Shown one piece after another: positions 29,671 to 42,847 of a stretch of 64,000 nt of DNA (within the stretch, counting starts at the first letter, position 1; every line of letters starts with the position of its first letter). This stretch comes from Candidatus Poribacteria bacterium (GTDB lineage: Bacteria; Poribacteria; WGA-4E; WGA-3G), in assembly GCA_965197475.1 (NCBI GenBank), contig CBDANF010000002.1:1376001-1440000 (forward strand). Direction: 5' to 3'. Below the pieces are notes generated by a model. That model ran no database searches. It was not told the DNA's origin and saw only the letters and a list, made by a program, of their open reading frames with translations. The translations under genes and the position numbers were made by a program.

Positions 29671-31024
29671 ATGTCAAAACGTGATGAATTCATTGAGGTC
29701 ATAAACACCTTCAAAACTGTTTCTCTGAGTATTACAGATATACAACGGCGAGGGCTGCTGAAACAAGCGGTCCAGAATTACGCCCTTTCTGTTGAGGAAG
29801 CCTCAGAAATTCTGAAGTCTCTGGGGATGGTAGTCGGAGAAGAGGTAAACTATTTTGAAGTATTGGGTCTTTCAATAGAGAAGATTCAAGGGTTAGACGA
29901 ACAAACTATTGTGAACGTTGTTGAGGCATCTCACGATGAGTGTTATAGAACGTCATTGCGTGCGGGCGCGCATTCGTCCTGATGGTAAAACAGAAGAACA
30001 GTGGCGTAATATTCTGAACCAAGCACGTGATACCTTAATAGATGCCCAAAAGCGGCGAGAATACGTGGCGACATTCCTGCTACAAGCAGACGTATTAGCA
30101 GAAATATCTCTACCGCAAGATCGACCTCTTTCCGAAAATGAATTTCAGGACATAGAACCGATACCTTCAAATATCCCAGAACCAACGGTTCCAAATGCAG
30201 AAACGGATATAACTCCTGCAAGTGATCTTGAAACTGCCTCAAGTCCCGACATAACACGAGTGCCTCCTAATATTGATGCACCTACTGATATGGTGCTTAT
30301 TCCGGCAGGTGAGTTTCAGATGGGCAGCCAGGACGAAGATGCAAATGGCACCGAAAGGCGTGTGCATTCACTTTTCGTAGAAGCGTTTCTTATTGACAAA
30401 TATCCTGTTACCAATGCACAATATAAGATTTTTCTGGATGCGAATCCTCAGTGGCAGAAAAAGAGGATTGTTGAAATTTATCACGACGGGAACTACTTAA
30501 TAACTTGGAGTGGAAACAACTACCCTCGAGGTAAAGCAGACTATCCGGTAGTTGATGTGAGTTGGTATGCAGCAATGGCTTATACACAATGGTCTGGCAA
30601 GCGTTTGCCAACGGAAGCAGAATGGGAGAAAACCGCACGCGGTGGATTAGTTGGGAAAATATACCCATGGGGTGATGAAATTGATATGAGCATGGCGAAT
30701 TTTGGGATGCATGTCGGAAAAACAACACTTATTGGGAAGTATCCGCCTAACGACTACGGTGTATATGACATGGTGGGTAATGTGTGGGAATGGTGCCTTG
30801 ATGAATATGATCACAGCTCACAACGTCCAAACCCCGGTTTAATTGTTGACAGTATTAGTGAAATCACCAATAATTTTTTGAGTATTGAAACTTCTCGTGT
30901 AGTACGGGGCGGTTCTTGGGCAAGTAGCGAACGTGCCGCGCAAGTCGCTTACTGCGGGTGGGCTGCTCCAATTGTTACATACTACAGCTACGGGCTTCGA
31001 TGTGTAAAAGACACCACCTCTTAA
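29671..31024 (+). pseudogene. J-like + FGE-sulfatase paralog with one frameshift (~29968)
   Basis: 29671..29982 and 29918..31024 join into a full paralog. Confidence 0.8.
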
Positions 31025-31331
31025 ATCACTTTCCTTTAGATATATTACATCTCCCATTGAACATATAAAGATTCTACGAAGTTAAGAGAATCTTCCCTTA
31101 TTTACTGTTTTGCCTCATCCTATGCTGCAATTCGGTTATTCAATACAAGTCTACCACTCCGTTTAGAATTCCACATCGGAAAGGAGTAAAAGATGCAACT
31201 TTTTCTGGTGACAAAAGGCATTGATGGAGATACTTTGAAGTCAGTTCTAAAATTCTTTGTAACTTTGCGCTAAATGGTTCACTCGGTAAGTATTTGAGTT
31301 ATATTTTCCATGCTGGTGCCATAAGCACCTA

Positions 31332-31422
31332 ATACCAAATTAACGGGATTAGTCTTATTTTTCTGGGCAGACAGCGCGCTTACAAAGCGCGCCTACCGAA
31401 TGGGATCAAGTTAATTTGGTAT
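31332..31422. mobile_element. MITE, inverted homolog of 3233..3324
   Basis: TIR ATACCAAATTAAC/GTTAATTTGGTAT. Confidence 0.65.
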
Positions 31423-31424
31423 AA

Positions 31425-31728
31425 TACCATATCTAATTGACGATTTGTCATAATAACCTGTAGGTTGGATAGAGTTTACGAAACCCAACAACTGAATGGC
31501 AAATAGGGTTTCGCTCCGATCTACCCTTATGTGTCAATTTAAGGATTTTCCGAATATGAGAAATGCTCTTCAGTCCCGTAGGGACTAAATATAGGACAGT
31601 CTCAATCATCATGTCTATTGAGAAGTGTTCATAATAACACGGACATTTTCTAAAGTTGACACATAAGGGTTTCGCTTTGATCTACCCAACCTACGAACTA
31701 ATGCAATATAATCACTTAGAAATGGTAT
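31425..31728. mobile_element. Non-autonomous IS630-type MITE containing REP hairpins and a nested TGTCAA-ended MITE
   Basis: Ends ATACCATATCTAATTGAC and ATCACTTAGAAATGGTAT match the ends of IS630 3326..4469. Confidence 0.7.
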
Positions 31729-31891
31729 AATGTGTGCATTACGAAATGCGGTGATCAGTCTTTCGCGCACATCTGGATACACTGAAATAGCATATTCACT
31801 CCGATATTTTGCCGCACATCCAGAGCAAGCACTCAAACTCATCGGGAGAGATACCGAAAATTGAATGGCTCTGAAGATATTAGGACAGAAT

Positions 31892-32431
31892 CTAAGCAAA
31901 ATGCGTGGGTTTTCCATCAAGACTAGTGCTATTGCTTTCTTCCCAATATGTCTTTAAGCCTTCTTTGCCTTTCTTTGCTGCCCAAGTGTTTAACGCTTTT
32001 CGTTCGCCGACATAGTCATAAAGTGGCACAGCCATCCCACAGGAAGTCTGCACGAGATCAACGTTGAGGTCAAAGATTTGCCTTGCACCGGGAATTGGCG
32101 GGAATAGTGGAAAGAGAAGCTGCCATTCCACATCGTCATTGTGGATAGCCTTGGCAGTACCGTAGAGTCGGAGGATAATAGGGTTATCCTCAAATGCCGT
32201 CCACATTAGCGTCATCCGTGGGTTTTCCTGAACGTGCGCTGCGGTTTCATTCCCACTTCCTGTCACGTTTAACCAGACAACGCGATTTGCACCAAGTACG
32301 CGCAAGGAATCCATGCCTTTTGGAGAAAGGTTGATTCTACTGTCAGTTGTTGCTGTTGCGACAAAAAACATCTTTTGGTCTTCAATGAATTGCTGCAATT
32401 TGGGTGGGATCTGTTTGTATAGTTTTGACAT
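31892..32431 (-). CDS. Pyridoxamine 5'-phosphate oxidase-related FMN-binding protein
   Basis: FFVATA, NLSPKG, TGSGNET, VQTSCG, SLDG motifs. Confidence 0.85.
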   Translation of the reverse strand: MSKLYKQIPPKLQQFIEDQKMFFVATATTDSRINLSPKGMDSLRVLGANRVVWLNVTGSGNETAAHVQENPRMTLMWTAFEDNPIILRLYGTAKAIHNDDVEWQLLFPLFPPIPGARQIFDLNVDLVQTSCGMAVPLYDYVGERKALNTWAAKKGKEGLKTYWEESNSTSLDGKPTHFA

Positions 32432-32470
32432 CGCACTGTTTATTTCTTGAGAATGACGGTGTATGAGACT

Positions 32471-33114
32471 TTAATCTCGATTTTTTAGTGCTGCCCAAGT
32501 TGTTGCTAATTTGTCAGTGGGTTGAACAGCGTGTGGTTCTGCCCCTTCAATATCGCTTACATATTTTCCTTCATAGAGACGGATATGGTCAACCCATACA
32601 TCAATCTTCTCTATCCCCATGATTATACCCGCGCGCGAATTTACGTCATCCACAGGCATCTCAAAGGTGATGAAAAATTCCTTCCACGTTTCAGATAGAC
32701 TAATTGATCTCGCGCTGTATACATTCCACGGATCACCTTGATGCATAGTACGCATAGTGGCGTTTCTCTGTTTTCCACTCTTTGCCCACAAACTATAGGT
32801 ATAGGTGGTGTCTTTCTCAAGTGTGAAGGGTTGCTGATAGAATTGTATGTGTCCTAATGCATTGCCTGCTTTACTGATTTTGATATAGGCAGCGTTTTTC
32901 CCGATAACCGGTTCTGCCCTAACGCCTTCCGTTAGGAAAGCTGCGGTAGCACTTTCGTGTGTCCAGTGGTGCCATTGGTCAAGATGATCGTTAAATCACC
33001 GTTCTTGAGGATATTTTCTGGTGGTTCCGCGGCGTATGTAAGCGTTGCGAGTCCGAACAACCCTATCAACACAAATAGACAGATATAAATCGAAACGCCC
33101 TTAGTTGTGTTCAC
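32471..33114 (-). CDS. Secreted carbohydrate-binding (CBM4/9-like) protein; 1-nt frameshift near 32993
   Basis: Signal peptide, NILKNGD, YTYSLWAK, WVDHIRL, C-terminal AVQPTDKLATTWAALK. Confidence 0.75.
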
Positions 33115-33973
33115 CTTCACCCTTCCGGTTATGCTCACCTCTATGTTCTGAGTCATGCTCACCATGTTCTTTCCCATGGCTATGTTCACCTTCGCCGACT
33201 TCGGGATGTGCAGTCCATCCATCAAAATCCGTGCTTGTTGCGTTGAGTTGAACTTCTCTTTTTTCACCGGATGCAAGGTCATCTGGTTTGGTTGGACCGA
33301 GTTCCTTTCCGTTGGACAAGTGAGCTTCAACCCTAACTTGCTTCAAGGTTTCATCGGTGGTGTTTTCTATGGTGCCTTCAAAGGTATTGTTTTGCGCGTT
33401 GTAATTCATGATGAGTCGCACGCCATTTCTGACCTTATCGTAGGTTTGATTTAGCGCAAGTTTAGCTCCTGATTCTTCTTCGCCTTCACCCTTTCGGTTA
33501 TGCTCTTTCTCACCTTCCCGGTCATGCTCACCTCTATGTTCTGAGTCATGCTCACCATGTTCTTTCCCATGGCTATGTTCACCTTCGCCGACTTCGGGAT
33601 GTGCAGTCCATCTGTCAAAGTCCTTACTTTTTGCGATGAGTTGAACATCCGTTTTTTCACCGGATGCAAGGTCAACCGAGGGTGTCGGACCGAGCTCTTT
33701 CCCGTTAGACAAGTGAGCTTCAACCCTAACCTGCTTCAAGGTTTCATCGGTGGTGTTTTCTATGGTGCCTTCAAAGGTATTGTTTTGCGCGTTGTAATTC
33801 ATGATGAGTCGCACGCCATTTCTGACCTTATCGTAGGTTTGATTTAGCGCAAGTTCAGCCCCTGATTCTTCTTCAACGTTTTCAGTGGACTGTTTTGCCA
33901 TCTTTGCACAACCGATAATAACGGCAACTAATAACACAGCAATGAGAATTGCATTCAATTGATTCATATTCAT
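33101..33973 (-). CDS. Lipoprotein with two repeated Ig/FxLYD-like domains and His/Glu-rich linkers
   Basis: Lipobox IIGC; ~393-bp internal duplication; GEHSHGKEHGEHDSEH tracts. Confidence 0.8.
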   Translation of the reverse strand: MNMNQLNAILIAVLLVAVIIGCAKMAKQSTENVEEESGAELALNQTYDKVRNGVRLIMNYNAQNNTFEGTIENTTDETLKQVRVEAHLSNGKELGPTPSVDLASGEKTDVQLIAKSKDFDRWTAHPEVGEGEHSHGKEHGEHDSEHRGEHDREGEKEHNRKGEGEEESGAKLALNQTYDKVRNGVRLIMNYNAQNNTFEGTIENTTDETLKQVRVEAHLSNGKELGPTKPDDLASGEKREVQLNATSTDFDGWTAHPEVGEGEHSHGKEHGEHDSEHRGEHNRKGEGEHN

Positions 33974-34171
33974 TAGGTATCTCCCTATCTGAAATGTTGG
34001 TTTATGTCAGTTAATTTTCAATTACTACGCCTACTGGGTAAATTGTGTGGCTTGACTGCACATCTGACACATTTTCGAGTGGACCTAAGTTCGCTACTTG
34101 AATATTAGAAATGTGCAGATGCGTTCAAGACAGAAACATTGTATCACATACTCTGTCTCTATAGATAGGAT

Positions 34172-34209
34172 TCCCAGCATCGACCTACTTTCCCACGAGG
34201 TCGCCCCGA
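34172..34209 (-). repeat. Diverged copy of the 5S rRNA 3' end
   Basis: TCCCAGCATCGACCTACTTTCCCACGAGGTCGCCCCGA vs TCCCGGCAACGACCTACTTTCCCGCGGGGTTGCCCCCGA at 34851. Confidence 0.8.
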
Positions 34210-34217
34210 GACTGTGA

Positions 34218-34622
34218 CTAATGCTCACTACCTCCTACTTCGGGATGTGCAGTCCACCCATCAAAGTTCGTACTTGTTGCGATGAGCTGGACTGTTTTTT
34301 TTTCACCGGGGGCAAGATCGACCAAGGGTGTCGGACCGAGCTCTTTCCCGTTTGATAAGTGGACTTCAACTAGAACCTGTTTCAAAGTTTCGTCAGTGGT
34401 GTTTTCTATGGTGCCTTTAAAGGTATTGCTTTGTGCGTTGTAATTCATGATGAGGCGCACGCCGTTTCTGACCTTATCGTAGGTTTCGTCCAGCGCGAGT
34501 TCAACGTTAGATTCTTCACCCTCTTCGCTAATGAGCAGGTCGTCTGTCCTTGAACAGCTGCTCATAACGGAAACTATCGCCACGATGGCAATTGCAGCAA
34601 GAATTCTCAAAATTTGTGTCAT
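34218..34622 (-). CDS. Lipoprotein, single-domain paralog of 33101..33973
   Basis: Lipobox MSSC; TYDKVRNGVRL...WTAHPEVG. Confidence 0.8.
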   Translation of the reverse strand: MTQILRILAAIAIVAIVSVMSSCSRTDDLLISEEGEESNVELALDETYDKVRNGVRLIMNYNAQSNTFKGTIENTTDETLKQVLVEVHLSNGKELGPTPLVDLAPGEKKTVQLIATSTNFDGWTAHPEVGGSEH

Positions 34623-34805
34623 GGATATTTTCCTTCCTTATTGTAGGCACTCTCCCGAGCGCAAAAATGTGAATTATACCAAATTAGCAAACTTCAACGT
34701 GATAAGTTGACTCCAACGTGGATTTGCTTCAAAGTTTTTTCGTCCACTGCCATGCTTAATGCTGCGGCGGAGAACAGAATTCCCCTAGCTAAGATGACTG
34801 TTGCT

Positions 34806-34843
34806 AAAAAACCAAAAAGGGTAGATGATTAACCTACCCTTTG
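34806..34843 (-). terminator. Intrinsic terminator of the rRNA unit
   Basis: AAAGGGTAG...CTACCCTTT hairpin followed by T-tract on minus strand. Confidence 0.75.
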
Positions 34844-34850
34844 AAAAGAA

Positions 34851-34968
34851 TCCCGGCAACGACCTACTTTCCCGCGGGGTTGCCCCCGAAGTATCATCAG
34901 TGCTGAAGGACTTAACTACCGTGTTCGGAATGGGTACGGGTGGGTCCCCTTCGCTATAGCCACCGGAA
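34851..34968 (-). rRNA. rrf: 5S rRNA
   Basis: CCCGTACCCATTCCGAACACGG and GAAAGTAGGTCG signatures. Confidence 0.95.
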
Positions 34969-35029
34969 AGGTGTATAAAAATATTTGACAACTGTATAGG
35001 TAATGAGGGGTCGGTAGAGAAAGATATAA

Positions 35030-38019
<2,990 letters not shown>

Positions 38020-38114
38020 GGTGATATCTTTATTCTTCTACCGATTTACCCTCTCTATACAGTTGTCAAAGAACGCCGCCTATTATCAGAAGTCAAAACA
38101 CTTCTTTTAGGCGA

Positions 38115-38187
38115 TGGAGATGAGCGGAGTTGAACCGCTGACCTACTGCGTGCAAAGCAGTTGCTCTCCCAGCTGAGCTACACCCCC
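38115..38187 (-). tRNA. tRNA-Ala(TGC), CCA not encoded
   Basis: GGGGGTGTAGCTCAGCTGGGAGAGC...TTTGCAC...GGTTCAACTCC...CATCTCCA. Confidence 0.95.
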
Positions 38188-38193
38188 TCGCGC

Positions 38194-38365
38194 ATGGTAT
38201 ATTAGTATACCACTAAATCCAACATAAATCAAATTCTCTTCAAATGGTATATTAGTATACCATAGAATCCAACATAAGTCAAATTTATTTTCAAAGAACG
38301 GGATTTAATAAAACTTCAATCCCTAAGCAGATTTTAAGTATACCACATAACGTGGTAGATGTCAA
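38194..38365 (-). promoter_or_regulatory. Three tandem sigma70-type promoters for tRNA-Ala-23S-5S
   Basis: TTGACA/TTGACT/TTGATT each N17 to TATACT; two lie in a 50-bp tandem duplication. Confidence 0.75.
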
Positions 38366-38734
38366 ATTTATTTTACAAAAAATGAAACTGTGTCGTTGTT
38401 ACATTATAGTGAAATCTAAAATTACCTTTACAGTTCTCTATAGGTTTGATGCGTTTGTAGTCGCGCAATTCATTGTGCCTCTTACATATACTGGTAAGCG
38501 CGCTTTTACGAAGTTTAAGTATTTAAATCGGTAATCCCGATTTCCCATGTCCGCTAGGTGCGGTTTCCTAACCGCACCTAGCATTGATAAGAAATTACCG
38601 AATTATTTTTTTAATCTTCATTTAAGCGCGCTGTTAACAGTGTTCAAGTTATTATACGCTTTACTATAAGTTTTTACAGATTTAATTTGACTTTTGAGGT
38701 TGGATTGAGTAAAATTAACCACAATTAATTTGTT

Positions 38735-38776
38735 GCGTTACTAAATTTGATATAGCGTTACTAAATTTGATATAGC
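38735..38776. repeat. 20-bp tandem duplication
   Basis: GCGTTACTAAATTTGATATA x2. Confidence 0.8.
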
Positions 38777-38823
38777 TTAATATGGCTTTTCGGTTTAGGT
38801 ATTTTACTGCGGAAAACACATGC

Positions 38824-39420
38824 ATGAAAAAACACTCCATTCGTTATTCTTTTATTTTCTTGATTTATCTGTTAGTCTTACTATCGTTTTTATCTGAAGC
38901 AATAGCATAATCCGTTAACATTTATGGATGTAAGGGCGAGTCCAAAGTTTTTTACGGTAACGGTTATAGAAACCACACTTCCTCCACAACAGCAGCAAGA
39001 AACGCCAACACAACAACAAGAACCACCATCACAGCAAAATCAGGAAACACAACAGCAACCTGATCCAGTCCCAGTGTCAGCACCTTAAGGAGCCACCCAC
39101 CGTCCTCAGTAAACTTTCTGAACCCGGACAAATCGGTTTCAGTGAGTTGATGTTCACTACCAAAGGAGGGCAAGATCCTCTTCCACAGTGGATAGGACTT
39201 TACAACAACTCCGACACAGAAGCGATAAATCTCAAAGGTTGGAAACTCGAAATAGAGACACGCGACAAAAATGGTAACCATCGACACGTTGTGATCTCGC
39301 TTGAAGATTTGCATATCTTGCCAAAATAGATGGCACTCATAGTGACATGGACAGGACGGAACTCTGAAGATATCCCGGAAGATTACGTCTACAAATTTTT
39401 CGATCAGCACTTTGACCGGG
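38824..39420 (+). pseudogene. Degraded lamin-tail-domain secreted protein
   Basis: Signal-like start, Gln-rich linker, FSELMF..QWIGLYN..INLKGWKL; internal stops; cut by IS630 remnant. Confidence 0.65.
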
Positions 39421-39439
39421 ACCTTGAGGACCCCATCGC

Positions 39440-40113
39440 CTTGATTATGACGCACTCAAGCAACATTTCGCTGATTTTCCCGATAGCACACAAATGGAGC
39501 GTGCTGCTCACTTCAGTGTTTCCAAGCACTGTATCTGGTATGCGCTTAACAAACTCAACATCACGCGAAAAAAAGACACTCACGTATAAGGAACAATGTC
39601 CCCTAAAACGGGAAGCGTCCCTCAACGCACTTCAGACAGCACAGCAGTGCTGGAAAACACCCATTTTTGTTGACGAAAGTGGATTTACCACAGAAGCACC
39701 CGAAGGTATGCTTATGCGCCGAGAGGCATTTGTGTTGAAGATAAAGTCTCAAGCAATCGGTATAGATGCGCCTCTTTGATTGCAGCACACATTGCGGGTT
39801 GTTTTAGAGTGCCTGTGCTCTTTGAAGGTGCTTGCGATGGCAGTGCCTTCAATGCGTGGCTCAAGCAGATGTTATGCCCGCTGCTTGATGAAACCCATGT
39901 CGTGATTTTGGATAATGCGTCCTTTCACAAAGGCACAGAGACAGAAGCGATTATTGCTGCGTGTGGTGTGAGTTTACTGTGTTTACCACCATATGCCCCA
40001 GAACTGAACCCGATTGAGAAAGATTTCGCCAACATCAAGCGGATACGAGAATACAACACAGAGACATCTATTGATGAATAATAAAAATGTATAAGCAATT
40101 ATGGATTTCACTA
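39440..40113 (+). mobile_element. IS630-family transposase remnant (frameshifted, 5'-truncated)
   Basis: RKKKTL, FVDESGF, ILDNASFH, LPPYAPELNPIE. Confidence 0.8.
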
Positions 40114-40126
40114 TAAAATAGCGGTA

Positions 40127-40450
40127 TTATGAATTATTTCCATTCAAACTTTGCGGCTGAAGTCGCCCCGTCATCATTACTCTTCTTTGGTGTTGGATAA
40201 CCATGTTGACAGTAATGCGGTATACCCATGTCTCCAAAGATACCTTGAAGCCATACTTGGGTAATGCATTGAGCACTTTTTCTACTATCTGGGACTCCAA
40301 CACTTTTTCATCTTTATCAGAACCCTGAATCCCTCTCTTTTTGATAGTGGGAAGTGCCGCCGATTTTATCCGATCTTTTAGCATGTCCACCGCTTCGGTA
40401 TCGCCTTCTATCGCGGCTTTTATCAAATTTTCATCTGAAATCTTTGACAT
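40127..40450 (-). CDS. Short ECF sigma factor region-2-like protein (no region 4)
   Basis: SDENLIKAAIEGDTEA...SLETWVYRITVN. Confidence 0.65.
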   Translation of the reverse strand: MSKISDENLIKAAIEGDTEAVDMLKDRIKSAALPTIKKRGIQGSDKDEKVLESQIVEKVLNALPKYGFKVSLETWVYRITVNMVIQHQRRVMMTGRLQPQSLNGNNS

Positions 40451-40538
40451 GATTAAAATCCTCCTTTTTCTAAAGTTTAGCGCAAATTTATCTCAGTTGT
40501 CAAGCAATTGTTGCATTCTTCTTGGAAGAGTTTCAATA

Positions 40539-42710
40539 TCAACCAATAAACGGTTTGACATCCCATAGCAGAATAGTGCCATCGTAACTTCCACTTGCCA
40601 GAAGTTCGCCATCCGGTGAAAAATCAATTGACCAAACATCAGTAGGGTGTCCCCAGAAGGTATGGATATTTTCTCCTGTATTAATATCCCACAAACGGAC
40701 AGACACTTTTTCTTGTCCATCTTGCCATTGTGCACCTACAGCGAGATATTTACCACAAGGAGAAAACCTAAGGGTCTGAGGTCTTTGACATCCGATAGGT
40801 GGAATTATCACCATACGTGATTCTAAGGTAGTTGCATCCCAGAATCTTATTTCACCCATTTTGCCATGTCGTATCCCGCCAGCAATAAGAGTGCCACAGC
40901 GCGAGAATCTTAGTGTCCAAAGTCGTGGATGGGACGTTTCTGGTTGTTCGTAGAGCCTATGTATATTCTGTTGTGTCGCCTTATATAAAGATGTATCTAA
41001 ACACACCGTTGTATCAAGTGCACCGATTTGTTTGCCACTTTTAATATCCCAGACGAGAGTTGGTCCATCAAGCACGCTGCTGATTAGATGATTACCGTTC
41101 GGCTGAAATCGTAGTTGCCAACGTTTAGAACTTTGCACCACTGAAAGTGGCACGTGGTGGCGTTTTTCCCACCGTATGGTATCCCATATTGTGAAGCTAT
41201 CTCCATAGAAACTGACAAAATATTCACCTGTTCGTGAGAATCCCATTCTATTAATTCTGGAGGGGTTTTGAGAAAGTTCAGCGATTTGTGTGCTGGATGC
41301 AAGGTGCCAGATATTAATGATTTTTCGAATATTGGTAGTGACAAGGTATTCTTCTGCTGGTGAAAACGTCATCCGAGTCACCCCTTTATGTTTTTCTGTG
41401 AGTTCTGCGACTTGGGTATCTGACACGAGATTCCAAACTCTAATAATTCTATTTTCTTCTGAGGCTGCGAGTAGTTCCCTACTGCGAGAGATAGATATCA
41501 CACCAAGTGAATTGGGACGTGTAAGGTTAAATGTTTGTTTCACCTGTTGATGCACAATATCCCATAACCGATATCCGGTAGGATCGTGACTGCTGATCAA
41601 TGTGCGACTGTCTTTGGAAAAGCGAACATAAACTACGCCTCTTGATATATGTGTAGGCAGAGGCTTAACCGTTGAAGGGTTACCCCGCGTCCATACTTGC
41701 AGTTCTCCGTATTTATTTCTGATGGCAAATTGTGTTCCATCAGATGAAAAACAACCATTTAATGGTATCCAAGATTCCAGGGTATCCACCGTTTCCTGCC
41801 GCGTTGTATCCCAGATCATCACTTTACCCTTAGATATACCAGCAATTTGTAAGGTGCCATCCGGTGTATAAACGGGGACACGAAACGTTCCTTGCGTGTT
41901 ACTGTCACAATAGGCTGTTGGAGCTATTTCTAAGGTACCGTTCTGAATATTCCAAACGTGGAGCTTGTTACCTCGATTGCAAGCAGCAAGATACTTTCCA
42001 CACGGAGAAAACACGAGTTTGTAGCAGCCTTCTCCTGGTGTATCGGTGTAATCATCACGTAGTTTAGCGATGTGTTCGCCAGTTTCTACATGCATCACGG
42101 ATGTGATATTCGCTTCAGGTGTATATGCGACAAGACTTCCATCAGGTGAAAGAGCTGTAGGGTGGACGTCCCGTTTTCCTGGTTTCGGTTGAACAGTATA
42201 ACTTGCAATGGGTGTGTCGGTATTTTCTTGCCAATCGTATACGGTAAAATGCCTACCACTACCATTATCACGGGAAATTAAATTGGAGCGTGTTAAGTGC
42301 TGCCCGTCCTGTGAAAAGAGTAGATTGCCGGATAATCCCAACACGCCTTCTGGATTTTTAGGTTTATCTATGTTGGCAACACATTGCAGGTTTTGTGTAT
42401 CAAATACCTTCACATCTCCATTCCAGTTTCCGGTAGCAAGCCATCGGGCATCTTGTGAAAAGGCGATGTCGTATAGTATTCCTTGCTCGGAATTCCACCA
42501 GGCGCGGAGTGTCATTGTATTTAGGTTATACCACCAGCAACCAATAGTCGTTGCAACAACAAGTGCCTCACCATCGGGTGAAAATGCCATTCCGCCGGTT
42601 ATCCACCCTCTGCCTAAACGGGCGATCGCGCCTTCAGGAAGATTCCAAGTAGTTATATCTGTGCTGTCAATAGGTCTAAATACGGAGGTTGCATGTTTTC
42701 TGTTTTCCAT
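40539..42710 (-). CDS. WD40-repeat protein
   Basis: TWNLPEGAIARLGRG, FSP..., GHPTDVWSIDFSPDGELLASGSYDGTILLWD; start by AAGGAG RBS. Confidence 0.9.
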   Translation of the reverse strand: MENRKHATSVFRPIDSTDITTWNLPEGAIARLGRGWITGGMAFSPDGEALVVATTIGCWWYNLNTMTLRAWWNSEQGILYDIAFSQDARWLATGNWNGDVKVFDTQNLQCVANIDKPKNPEGVLGLSGNLLFSQDGQHLTRSNLISRDNGSGRHFTVYDWQENTDTPIASYTVQPKPGKRDVHPTALSPDGSLVAYTPEANITSVMHVETGEHIAKLRDDYTDTPGEGCYKLVFSPCGKYLAACNRGNKLHVWNIQNGTLEIAPTAYCDSNTQGTFRVPVYTPDGTLQIAGISKGKVMIWDTTRQETVDTLESWIPLNGCFSSDGTQFAIRNKYGELQVWTRGNPSTVKPLPTHISRGVVYVRFSKDSRTLISSHDPTGYRLWDIVHQQVKQTFNLTRPNSLGVISISRSRELLAASEENRIIRVWNLVSDTQVAELTEKHKGVTRMTFSPAEEYLVTTNIRKIINIWHLASSTQIAELSQNPSRINRMGFSRTGEYFVSFYGDSFTIWDTIRWEKRHHVPLSVVQSSKRWQLRFQPNGNHLISSVLDGPTLVWDIKSGKQIGALDTTVCLDTSLYKATQQNIHRLYEQPETSHPRLWTLRFSRCGTLIAGGIRHGKMGEIRFWDATTLESRMVIIPPIGCQRPQTLRFSPCGKYLAVGAQWQDGQEKVSVRLWDINTGENIHTFWGHPTDVWSIDFSPDGELLASGSYDGTILLWDVKPFIG

Positions 42711-42847
42711 AGAGATGTCTCCTTTTATTGCCAATGGACACGCGAGATATGACACCCGCGTGCACCGAAGTATTATGTAAAATTGACTAAGAGAGTTATG
42801 CGATGCAAGCAGCATCGCTATGTAATAGATGAATTGACAAGGAATAT

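Noticed and set aside
33101-33973. Long direct repeats as possible CRISPR or DGR TR/VR pair
   Set aside because: In-frame coding domain duplication; no spacers and no adenine-specific mismatch pattern evident
38194-38294. 50-bp tandem repeat as a mini-CRISPR
   Set aside because: Only two units, no spacer; explained as duplicated rRNA promoters
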